30,365 bases of DNA from positions 1 to 30,365 of the forward strand of contig NW_021832708.1 in assembly GCF_006345805.1 (NCBI RefSeq). The letters are read 5' to 3'. The DNA is from Octopus sinensis. Lineage: Eukaryota. Below are positions 14,351-25,262 of the stretch, piece after piece. Below the pieces are notes generated by a model. The model was not told where the DNA came from. It saw only the letters and a list, made by a program, of their open reading frames with translations, and searched no databases. Numbering within the stretch: the first letter of the stretch is position 1; every line of letters begins with the position of its first letter. Position numbers and translations under genes: made by a program.

Positions 14351-14472
14351 AACGATTTAGGAGTGACCCCAACAGGTCACTCGTCCACCAGAAAGAGCAG
14401 CCATAACTCACACCGCCAAGTATTAGTAATTCAGAAATTAGGTGAAAATTTAAAAACATTTACCCTAATTCA

Positions 14473-14574
14473 TCTTTTAGACGTTGCAACGTTTCTGTGT
14501 CATTAATGATTAAATTAGCTTAATTAAATTAAATTAAGCCAATCTACCATAGGTTACACTTCATCAGTAAAAGA
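14473..14574 (-). ncRNA. Type I hammerhead ribozyme motif, family B
   Basis: Minus strand reads UCUUUUA-CUGAUGA-A-GUGU..long stem II..ACAC-A-GAA-ACGUUGCAACGU-C-UAAAAGA; 7-bp stem I, GUC cleavage triplet. Confidence 0.8.
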
Positions 14575-14945
14575 CCTGGGAGAGACAAATATACACGAGG
14601 CGTCTGTATCGATGCCTACGGGATATCTGACTTAAAATTTTCAAGACTGACGTATTCGCGCCAAACTTATCAACAGTAAATATAAACTGCCGATTCAATC
14701 TCAGAATTATTCAGAAAATTATCAATTAGTCAGTTTAGGGTAGCAAAAAAATTCAATAGAAATTTATCGCAACCAGCGGCCTGGTGAAAAAGAGAAAATA
14801 GTCATCGACTAATATATAAATATAACGATTTAGGAGTGACCCCAACAGGTCACTCGTCCACCAGAAAGAGCAGCCATAACTCACACCGCCAAGTATTAGT
14901 AATTCAGAAATTAGGTGAAAATTTAAAAACATTTACCCTAATTCA

Positions 14946-15047
14946 TCTTTTAGACGTTGCAACGTTTCTGTGTCATTAATGATTAAATTAGCTTAATTAA
15001 ATTAAATTAAGCCAATCTACCATAGGTTACACTTCATCAGTAAAAGA
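14946..15047 (-). ncRNA. Type I hammerhead ribozyme motif, family B
   Basis: Identical motif in unit 2. Confidence 0.8.
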
Positions 15048-15419
15048 CCTGGGAGAGACAAATATACACGAGGCGTCTGTATCGATGCCTACGGGATATC
15101 TGACTTAAAATTTTCAAGACTGACGTATTCGCGCCAAACTTATCAACAGTAAATATAAACTGCCGATTCAATCTCAGAATTATTCAGAAAATTATCAATT
15201 AGTCAATTTAGGGTAGCAAAAAAATTCAATAGAAATTTATCGCAACCAGCGGCCTGGTGAAAAAGAGAAAATAGTCATCGACTAAATATATAAATATAAC
15301 GATTTAGGAGTGACCCCAACAGGTCACTCGTCCACCAGAAAGAGCAGCCATAACTCACACCGCCAAGTATTAGTAATTCAGAAATTAGGTGAAAATTTAA
15401 AAACATTTACCCTAATTCA

Positions 15420-15520
15420 TCTTTTAGACGTTGCAACGTTTCTGTGTCATTAATGATTAAATTAGCTTAATTAATTAAATTAAGCCAATCTACCATAGGT
15501 TACACTTCATCAGTAAAAGA
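15420..15520 (-). ncRNA. Type I hammerhead ribozyme motif, family B
   Basis: Same motif with a 1-nt deletion at the tip of stem II. Confidence 0.8.
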
Positions 15521-15890
15521 CCTGGGAGAGACAAATATACACGAGGCGTCTGTATCGATGCCTACGGGATATCTGACTTAAAATTTTCAAGACTGACGTA
15601 TTCGCGCCAAACTTATCAACAGTAAATATAAACTGCCGATTCAATCTCAGAATTATTCAGAAAATTATCAATTAGTCAATTTAGGGTAGCAAAAAAATTC
15701 AATAGAAATTTATCGCAACCAGCGGCTGGTGAAAAAGAGAAAATAGTCATCGACTAAATATATAAATATAACGATTTAGGAGTGACCCCAACAGGTCACT
15801 CGTCCACCAGAAAGAGCAGCCATAACTCACACCGCCAAGTATTAGTAATTCAGAAATTAGGTGAAAATTTAAAAACATTTACCCTAATTC

Positions 15891-15991
15891 ATTTTAGACG
15901 TTGCAACGTTTCTGTGTCATTAATGATTAAATTAGCTTAATTAAATTAAATTAAGCCAATCTACCATAGGTTACACTTCATCAGTAAAAGA
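15891..15991 (-). ncRNA. Type I hammerhead ribozyme motif, family B (shortened stem I)
   Basis: Core intact; 2-nt deletion in the 3' strand of stem I. Confidence 0.7.
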
Positions 15992-16643
15992 CCTGGGAGA
16001 GACAAATATACACGAGGCGTCTGTATCGATGCCTACGGGATATCTGACTTAAAATTTTCAAGACTGACGTATTCGCGCCAAACTTATCAACAGTAAATAT
16101 AAACTGCCGATTCAATCTCAGAATTATTCAGAAAATTATCAATTAGTCAATTTAGGGTAGCAAAAAAATTCAATAGAAATTTATCGCAACCAGCGGCCTG
16201 GTGAAAAAGAGAAAATAGTCATCGACTAAATATATAAATATAACGATTTAGGAGTGACCCCAGGTCACTCGTCCACCAGAAAGAGCAGCCATAACTCACA
16301 CCGCCAAGTATTAGTAATTCAGAAATTAGGTGAAAATTTAAAAACATTTACCCTAGGTGGACGAGTGACCTGTTGGGGTCACTCCTAAATCGTTATATTT
16401 ATATATTTAGTCGATGACTATTTTCTCTTTTTCACCAGGCCGCTGGTTGCGATAAATTTCTATTGAATTTTTTTGCTACCCTAAATTGACTAATTGATAA
16501 TTTTCTGAATAATTCTGAGATTGAATCGGCAGTTTATATTTACTGTTGATAAGTTTGGCGCGAATACGTCAGTCTTGAAAATTTTAAGTCAGATATCCCT
16601 AGGCATCGATACAGACGCCTCGTGTATATTTGTCTCTCCCAGG

Positions 16644-16745
16644 TCTTTTACTGATGAAGTGTAACCTATGGTAGATTGGCTTAATTTAATTTAATTAAGC
16701 TAATTTAATCATTAATGACACAGAAACGTTGCAACGTCTAAAAGA
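16644..16745 (+). ncRNA. Type I hammerhead ribozyme motif, family B (inverted block)
   Basis: TCTTTTA 16644-16650, CTGATGA 16651-16657, GAAAC 16723-16727, GTC 16736-16738, TAAAAGA 16739-16745. Confidence 0.8.
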
Positions 16746-17113
16746 TGAATTAGGGTAAATGTTTTTAAATTTTCACCTAATTTCTGATTACTAATACTTG
16801 GCGGTGTGAGTTATGGCTGCTCTTTCTGGTGGACGAGTGACCTGTTGGGGTCACTCCTAAATCGTTATATTATATATTTAGTCGATGACTATTTTCTCTT
16901 TTTCACCAGGCTGCTGGTTGCGATAAATTTCTATTGAATTTTTTTGCTACCCTAAATTGACTAATTGATAATTTTCTGAATAATTCTGAGATTGAATCGG
17001 CAGTTTATATTTACTGTTGATAAGTTTGGCGCGAATACGTCAGTCTTGAAATTTTAAGTCAGATATCCCGTAGGCATCGATACAGACGCCTCGTGTATAT
17101 TGTCTCTCCCAGG

Positions 17114-17214
17114 TCTTTTACTGATGAAGTGTAACCTATGGTAGATTGGCTTAATTTAATTAATTAAGCTAATTTAATCATTAATGACACAGAAACGTTG
17201 CAACGTCTAAAAGA
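17114..17214 (+). ncRNA. Type I hammerhead ribozyme motif, family B (inverted block)
   Basis: CTGATGA 17121-17127, GTC 17205-17207, stems intact. Confidence 0.8.
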
Positions 17215-17585
17215 TGAATTAGGGTAAATGTTTTTAAATTTTCACCTAATTTCTGAATTACTAATACTTGGCGGTGTGAGTTATGGCTGCTCTTTCTGGT
17301 GGACGAGTGACCTGTTGGGGTCACTCCTAAATCGTTATATTTATATATTTAGTCGATGACTATTTTCTCTTTTTCACACGGCCGCTGGTGCGATAAATTT
17401 CTATTGAATTTTTTTGCTACCCTAAATTGACTAATTGATAATTTTCTGAATAATTCTGAGATTGAATCGGCAGTTTATATTTACTGTTGATAAGTTTGGC
17501 GCGAATACGTCAGTCTTGAAAATTTTAAGTCAGATATCCCGTAGGCATCGATACAGACGCCTCGTGTATATTTGTCTCTCCCAGG

Positions 17586-17686
17586 TCTTTTACTGATGAA
17601 GTGTAACCTATGGTAGATTGGCTTAATTTAATTTAATTAAGCTAATTTAATCATTAATGACACAAAACGTTGCAACGTCTAAAAGA
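17586..17686 (+). ncRNA. Hammerhead motif family B, defective (G12 missing)
   Basis: ACACAAAACGTT instead of ACACAGAAACGTT; mutation or sequencing error. Confidence 0.6.
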
Positions 17687-17905
17687 TGATTAGGGTAAAT
17701 GTTTTTAAATTTTCACCTAATTTCTGAATTACTAATACTTGGCGGTGTGAGTTATGGCTGCTCTTTCTGGTGGACGAGTGACCTGTTGGGGTCACTCCTA
17801 AATCGTTATATTTATATATTTAGTCGATGACTATTTTCTCTTTTTACACCAGGCCGCTGGTTGATAAATTTCTATTGAATTTTTTTGCTACCCTAAATTG
17901 ACTAA

Positions 17906-17936
17906 CATATATATATACATATATATCTATATATAC

Positions 17937-17975
<39 letters not shown>

Positions 17976-18427
17976 ATTCATATATTATAAATATACATAT
18001 ATATTATACATATTATATATATATACATATATATATATATTACATATATATACATATACATATACATATAAACATATACATATATACATATACATATATA
18101 TATACATATACATATATACATATACATATATACATATACATATATATATACATATACATATATATATATACACATACATATATATATATACATATACATA
18201 TATATATATATACATATACATATATACATATACATATACATATATACATATACATATACATATATACATATACATATACATATATACATATACATATATA
18301 TATATACATATACATATATATATATACATATACATATATACATATATACATATACATATATCATATACATATATACATATACATATATATATATACATAT
18401 ACATATATACATATACATATATATATA

Positions 18428-18460
<33 letters not shown>

Positions 18461-18645
18461 ATACATATACATATACATATATACATATACATATACATAT
18501 ATACATATACATATATACATATACATATATACATATATACATATACATATATACATATATATATACGTATACATATATACATATATATATACATATATAT
18601 ACATATATACATATATATATATATGCATATATATATATATTATAC

Positions 18646-18678
<33 letters not shown>

Positions 18679-18713
18679 CATATATATATATATTACATAT
18701 AATATATATATAC

Positions 18714-18760
<47 letters not shown>

Positions 18761-19083
18761 CATATATTATATATACATATATATATACATATACATATAT
18801 ATATATACATATACATATATATATATACATATACATATATTATATACATATACATATAGATATATACATATATATATATACATATACATATATACATATA
18901 CATATATATATATATACACATATACATATATACATATACATATATATATATACACATATATATATATATACATATACATATATATATATACACATATATA
19001 TATACACATATATATATATATACACATATATATATATATATACACATATATATATATATACACATATATATATATATATACAC

Positions 19084-19114
<31 letters not shown>

Positions 19115-19209
19115 CACATATATATATATACATACACATATATACATATACATATACACATATATATATACATATACATATATACATATACATATACATA
19201 TATACATAT
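17906..19209. repeat. (TA)n/(TACATA)n compound microsatellite
   Basis: Read directly. Confidence 0.95.
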
Positions 19210-19299
19210 AAAAAATTTAAAAAAAAAAAAAATATTACTTATTTTGTTATCATTAGTGTTCTTTCAAACAGAAAATAATAATATATCTATGTGTATGTA

Positions 19300-19537
19300 T
19301 ATGCGTGTGTTAGAAGTATAGCCGCAATTATTTTTAGAAGACATTGTTTTAGCGACGGACAAATGTATATCTTCTTTTCTCTTTTTCTCTGCTTAAATTC
19401 TGTAAAATCTCTGTGTATGGATATGCGTGTGTTAAAAGTATAGTCGCAATTAGTTTTTATTTTAGAATACATTGTCTGTAGCGACAAATACATATTTTCT
19501 TTTCTTTTTTTCTCTGCTTAATTTCTGTAAAATCTCT
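19300..19537. repeat. Diverged direct duplication of about 120 bp
   Basis: TATGCGTGTGTTA.AAGTATAG.CGCAATTA...CTCTGCTTAA.TTCTGTAAAATCTCT occurs twice (from about 19300 and 19422). Confidence 0.8.
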
Positions 19538-19704
19538 TGGATTGTTTTCTTTCAGCTATTTCATTATTATTATTATTGTTTCTTTATATACTCACTTGGT
19601 ACTACTGTTTATATATGTGCGTGTGCACACATGTGTACATGTGTGTATGTGTATATATGTATACGCGTGTGTGTGTGTGTGTGTACAAATAGCTTCGCTT
19701 AGAA

Positions 19705-20380
19705 TTCTCCCCTCTCTCTCTCTCTCTGTCTGTCTCTTCAGTTTCTCTCACTCACGCTTCTCCTTGTCTCTTCATAGCTCTCATTCTATCTTACTCCCCT
19801 CTTTCAAATATATATTCTCTCTATATTTCTTCCTTCTCTCCCTCTATCTCTTCAGTTCTCTCCCGCTTCTCTTGTCTCTCCATTACTCTCTTCTATCTCT
19901 TCAGTTTCTCTCCCGCTTCTCCTTGTCTCTCCATTTCTCTCTTCTAACTTACTCTCCTCTCTCGGATACATATAAGGACATAGACGCTCTCTCTCTCTTC
20001 CTTCAGCTCTCGGTCTCTCCCCTTCCTCTTCTCTCTTACTCTCGGCTCCCAATTTCTCCTTAAGTACATAGACGCTCCCTTTCTCTTCTAACTTACTCTC
20101 CTCTCTCGGATACATATAAGGACATAGACGCTTTCTCTCTCTTCCTTCAGCTCTCAGTCTCTCCTCTTCCTCTTCTCTCTTACTCTCGGCTCCCAATTTC
20201 TCCTTAAGTACATAGACGCTCCCTTTCTCTACTTTCTCCCTACCCCCTATTGCACTATTAGATTAATATAAATTAATATAATATAATATAATATAATTCC
20301 TCCCTTCCTCACAATCACAATCTCTTCCTCTCTCCTCCCTTCTCCCTTTTTCCCTCACAGCTTCTCTCTCTCTCCCCGCT
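19705..20380 (+). repeat. CT-rich low-complexity region with a 144-bp tandem duplication; possibly the 5' UTR of the downstream LINE
   Basis: CTTCTAACTTACTCTCCTCTCTCGGATAC at 19941 and 20085. Confidence 0.8.
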
Positions 20381-20388
20381 ACAACGGA

Positions 20389-21321
20389 ATGGACAACATG
20401 CAAAAATTAGAGGTGAATGCAAACACTGGCGTCAACAAAAGCCAGCGTAACTGGACGAAAGTAGAGCTGGAAGTTTTCATCAGAGGATGGAGCTCGGCCG
20501 ACAGATCGCAACCAACTAAAAACATAGCGGCGACCCTGAAAAGCCATGGCTTTATGAGGACGTTGGCGCAAGTAGAGAGGAAGAAAAGAGAAGTCGAAAG
20601 GGCCTACACTCTCATTGCACCACACATGGCTTTGCTAAGCCAAGTCCTCAAGGTGGACAAAGACAAAGAGAGAGAGATGGAAACAGGAAACACCAACCAC
20701 AGAGTGTCAAAAAATGACACGCCCACTGCCACAGTTGAAGAAGGCAAGCAGGGCAAACAACAGATAGGCGGCGATGGGGAAACAGAAAATAACCACCCGG
20801 ATGAAAAGACCTATGCAGAAAGGAACCAGTGGACAACCGTCCAACGGAGGAAGAAAAAACAGAGAGGAACTGGGGACAAGAAAACCCAGATAACATGCAA
20901 ATTCTTCCGGAATGGAACCTGCTGGCATGGAGAAACAGGGGAAGGATGCAGGTTCGCTCATCCCAGGCCCTATGGAAATTGCATCAAACCCACTCGACCA
21001 AAATGCCTTAACCAAAACCAGAACAAATACAAGCTGCCCCAGAAATATGCAGACATAGTGCGTAATGCCCCAACAAGAAGGCGCACATTTGCAGAGGAAA
21101 TGCAGACGGCGGCAGCAGAACAAAGAAATTTTGTGGAAATGGCAGAGAAAATTGTGGGACAACTGGCCTGGATACATCGTCTTCAGAGCCAGGGGCACTC
21201 ACAACAGCACTCAAGACCACCACAATCAAGGGACCCAGGGTGGCCACCGCTGACGCCGGCCCAGGTGCCACACCGTCAGCCTTTATTGACACCCCGGGTG
21301 TCTCACCAGTGCTTCTGCTGA
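20389..21321 (+). CDS. LINE ORF1 protein: N-terminal Myb/SANT (trihelix)-like domain plus CCCH zinc finger
   Basis: Open 310-aa ORF; RNWTKVELEVFIRGW..IAATLKSHGFMRTLAQVERK; CKFFRNGTCWHGETGEGCRFAH (C-x7-C-x8-C-x3-H); homologous ORF in element B. Confidence 0.8.
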   Translation: MDNMQKLEVNANTGVNKSQRNWTKVELEVFIRGWSSADRSQPTKNIAATLKSHGFMRTLAQVERKKREVERAYTLIAPHMALLSQVLKVDKDKEREMETGNTNHRVSKNDTPTATVEEGKQGKQQIGGDGETENNHPDEKTYAERNQWTTVQRRKKKQRGTGDKKTQITCKFFRNGTCWHGETGEGCRFAHPRPYGNCIKPTRPKCLNQNQNKYKLPQKYADIVRNAPTRRRTFAEEMQTAAAEQRNFVEMAEKIVGQLAWIHRLQSQGHSQQHSRPPQSRDPGWPPLTPAQVPHRQPLLTPRVSHQCFC

Positions 21322-24251
21322 ATGTCAGAGGTCTGGTGAAACCCACTAATATGGGTAAAATTCCTTACCTTAGGGACTTGAGCACAAGCAACCATGCAAT
21401 ATGCATAGCGCTGACTGAAACGCACCTGTCAAGCAGTATAGCAGATGCAGAAATACACATACCGAAGTATACTGTTTTCGGGTCGGACAGGAAGGAAAGA
21501 ACTCATGGTGGGGTTGCCCTGTACGTCCGTGAAGATGTCACACCCATAGTACTGTTGACACACTCAACTCAGTCTGTGACACACTGATAGTACACATGAA
21601 ACAACCGAAAATAGTAATATGTGTCACATATCGGCCACCAGACACCCCTAGTCATGAAGGAGTGTTTGAAGATAGCCTCAGAAGAATAGAAGAAGTCCTG
21701 GACAAACTGGACCAGGGTAACACCATTCTACTGCTGGGAGATTTTAACCTTCCGAAAGTCAAATGGCCAGATGGCCATCTCCTCCCTGGAATGACATCAC
21801 TTGAACAGAGACAGAGAGTCCTTGTTGGCTCTCACACGCAAGTTTTTCATGGAGCAAGCAGTGCTTTGGCCAACAAGAGGTGAGAATGTCTTGGACCTCT
21901 GTTTCACAAGCAACCCGATGCTCATCCACAACATAATGGTAACACCAACAATTCTCTCAGACCACAACTTAGTAGAGGTAATGATATATGGTATGAGAGA
22001 GTTATTGAGACGCAGCCATTAGAAAATACCACAGGCCTATCCAGTCTAAACTCCATAAGGCAAACTGGAAGAAGATCAACGAAGAGATCCGAAAACATGA
22101 CTGGAGTGACTTCATCACCACACAAGACACCAACACACATTTCCAACATTTCATGACAACAATACAGAACATATGCCATAAGTTTGTCCCGGAGAAAAAA
22201 GCCAGCGGGCATAGGAACGTTATTCCCAGAGACAGGAAAATACTTATGAGGCGAAGAGCTAAGCTCTCGAAGCAACTGAATGCACGGCAGAGAAACAATG
22301 AGGGACTCCACCTGAAACTTTTTGAAACGGAAACTGCACTCAAACTTTCCTATGAGAAGGAGAGGGCAGAGAGAGAAGCCAGGGCCATAGAGAATATTAA
22401 AACAAACCCTAAAGCCTTCTTTAATTTGCGAAAGAAACCACCTCAGTACACTGCAAGATTGGCCCACTCTTTGATAAAAAGGGCTCTCTAACTGAGGACC
22501 CCCAAGGGATAAGTGAAATACTAAAGGAACAGTATAAAAGTGTGTTCACATCCCCTCTGGGGCACATGCAAATCACAAACCCAGAAGTTTTCTTTGGCCA
22601 CAACACTCCAAAACCAAACAACAACCATCGACCACATAGACATAACAGAGAGGGATGTAATATCTGCCATAGAAGAAATGAGAATAAACTCAGCTGCTGG
22701 ACCAGATGGATCCCAGCAGTCCTCCTAAAGACATGCAGGCATGCCCTAGCGGGACCACTGAAGAGCTCTTCAGTGGTTCCTTGGCTAACGGTAACTGCCC
22801 AGGGCGCTAAAAGAAGGCACCATATGCCCTATCCACAAAGGAGGGAGTAGAGCAGAGGCCAAAAACTACAGGCCAGTCTCCCTGACGTCACACATAAGTA
22901 AGGTCATGGAACGAATCATCAGAAAAAAACTGATCACGTTCCTCGAAGAAACTAACCGTCTCACTGACACACAGCATGGCTTTCGCCCAGGAAGAAGCTG
23001 CCTTACGCAGCTGTTACAACACTACGACTGGGTACTGAAACAACTACTGGATCGCTCACAGGTAGATGTGGTATATCTCGACTTTGCGAAGGCCTTTGAC
23101 AAAGTCGACCACGGAGTGATATGTCACAAATTACTCAGACTCGGCATAACAGGAAAAGTAGGTGAGTGGATACATGACTTCCTGAAGGACAGAAGCCAGA
23201 TGGTTGCAGCCAATGGAGCCCTCTCGGGAAAGACACCAATAGCAAGCGGGGTGCCACAGGGCACAGTCTTGGGACCCTTGCTGTTTTTGGTGGCGCTCTC
23301 TGACATGCCCTTGGTAGCACAAACAACATCCCTCACTAGCTATGCTGATGACACAAAGGTAGCACAGGCAATCAAAAACCCAGCTGATGCTGACCTTTTA
23401 CAACAAGATCTGGATGCCATATACAAATGGGCTGAAGACAACAACATGCAATTTAATGCTGGTAAATTTCAAGCCTTACAATATCAGCTGTAAACACATA
23501 TACATTACAACACAACTATACTGGTCCAGGAGGGATCGAAATCCCAGTATCGAAATCAATACGGGACCTGGGGATAGACATGAGTGACGATGCATCTTTT
23601 TCTTCACACATCGCGAAGGTGGCGACAATGTGCAGACGACTCACTGACTGGATCCTGAGGACATTCCGGACAAGAGACTGCGAGACCATGTTGACACTAT
23701 GGAGGACATTTGTCCTAAGCCGCCTGGACTACTGCTCCCAACTGTGGTCACCGCATAGTGTCAAACCAACCACAGAGCTTGAGACAATCCAAAGACATTT
23801 CACCAAGAGGATTTCCACCATGAAAGAAAAGAACTATTGGGAGAGGCTTAGGGAACTCAATTTGTACTCCTTGGAACGAAGACGAGAGAGATATGCAGTG
23901 ATATACATATGGAAAATCCTGGAGGGACTAGCACCAAATTTTGGAATTGAGAGCTGTTCCAATCCCCGTACAGGACGTCACTGTGTGGTGCCAAAGGTCC
24001 CGTCTTCCACATCCAGGGTAAGGAGCAGATACTGTAATAGCCTGGGGTTCAGGGGCCCTCAGCTGTTCAACAAACTGCCAAGAAAACTAAGAGATCTACA
24101 TGATGCGGATGTGGACATTTTCAAAAAACATCTAGACAAGCTGCTTTCCGGGATCCCAGATGAACCCACTGCAAGGTACGAAGGTAACCTAAGGGCAGCA
24201 GCTACAAACTCTCTCTTAGATCAGTGGCCAGCCACGGCAAACTGGACTTAG
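21240..24251 (+). pseudogene. LINE ORF2 (APE endonuclease plus reverse transcriptase), frameshifted
   Basis: LLNVRGL, LTETHL, GGVALY, YRPP, GDFNLP, LDLCFT, SDHNLV; NYRPVSLTS, QHGFRPGRSC, YLDFAKAFDKVDH, GVPQGTVLGPLLF, YADDTK; CR1-type C-terminus LDYCSQLWSP..YWERL..LYSLERRR. Confidence 0.92.
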
Positions 24252-24327
24252 AGAGGGTAGCAACAAGGGCGGTGCCCCAGCATGGCCTCAGCCGGATGGC
24301 TGAAACAAGTAAAAGAGTAAAAGAGTA

Positions 24328-24355
24328 TATATATATATATATACATATATATACA

Positions 24356-24387
<32 letters not shown>

Positions 24388-24417
24388 CATATATATACAT
24401 ATATATATATATATTAC

Positions 24418-24449
<32 letters not shown>

Positions 24450-24460
24450 CATTATATATA
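24328..24460. repeat. (TA)n microsatellite
   Basis: Read directly. Confidence 0.95.
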
Positions 24461-24870
24461 TACTCTTTTACTCTTTTACTCTTTTTACTCTTTTACTTGT
24501 TTCAGTCATTTTGACTGCGGCCATGCTGGAGCACCGCCTTTAGTCGAGCAAATCGACCCCGGGACATATTCTTTGTAAGCCCAGTACTTATTCTATCAGT
24601 CTCTTTGCCGAACCGCTAAGTGACGGGGACGTAAACTCACCAGCATCGGTTGTCAAGCAATGCTAGGGGGACAAACACACACAGACACACATATATACAT
24701 ACATATACACGACAGACTTCTTTCAGTTTCCGTCTACCAAATCCACTCACAAGGCATTGGTCGGCCCGGGGCTATAGCAAGACACTTGCTCAAGATGCCA
24801 CGCAGTGGGACTGAACCCGGAACCATGTGGTTGGTTAGCAAGCTACTTACCACACAGCCACTCCTGCGCC
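24461..24870 (-). mobile_element. tRNA-derived SINE with LINE-derived 3' tail
   Basis: Minus strand starts GGCGCAGGAG. A-box-like TGGCTGTGTGG (24850-24860), B-box-like GGTTCAGTCCC (24807-24817), CORE-like CTTGAGCAAGT. 3' end GGCGGTGCTCCAGCATGGCC..CTGAAACAAGTAAAAGAG matches element A. Confidence 0.85.
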
Positions 24871-25077
24871 TATATATATACATATATATATATATATAAT
24901 ATATATATATACATATATATACATATATATATATACTATATATATACGTATATATACATATATATATAATATACATATATATATACGTATATATACATAT
25001 ATATATATATACATATATATACATATATATATATACATATATATACATATATATATATATACATATATATTATATAC

Positions 25078-25128
<51 letters not shown>

Positions 25129-25169
25129 CAATATATACATATATATATATATATATACATATATATATA
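24871..25169. repeat. (TA)n/(TACA)n microsatellite
   Basis: Read directly. Confidence 0.95.
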
Positions 25170-25262
25170 GATTGATTGATTGATTGATTGATTCTAGTTC
25201 CAGCTTATGAGCTGTGGCCATGCTGGGCACACCGCCATTTGGTGTTGCTACCTGGTTTCACT

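Larger units (their letters stand above)
14351..17905. repeat. Tandem array B: about 473-bp unit, 4.2 copies then 3.3 inverted copies, hammerhead-containing
   Basis: AACGATTTAGGAG at 14351, 14824, 15298, 15770 and 16242. Orientation flips at 16355/16356 (CCCTA|GGTGGACGAG); reverse-complement units run to about 17905. Confidence 0.95.
20389..24327 (+). mobile_element. CR1-group LINE (element A), two ORFs, (AGTAAAAG)n tail; 5' boundary probably further upstream
   Basis: ORF1, APE-RT ORF2, short 3' UTR with hairpin and tandem tail ending in TA microsatellite. Confidence 0.9.

Noticed and set aside
24795-24870. tRNA gene
   Set aside because: A/B boxes are present but there is no convincing cloverleaf, and the sequence continues into a SINE body and LINE-type tail.
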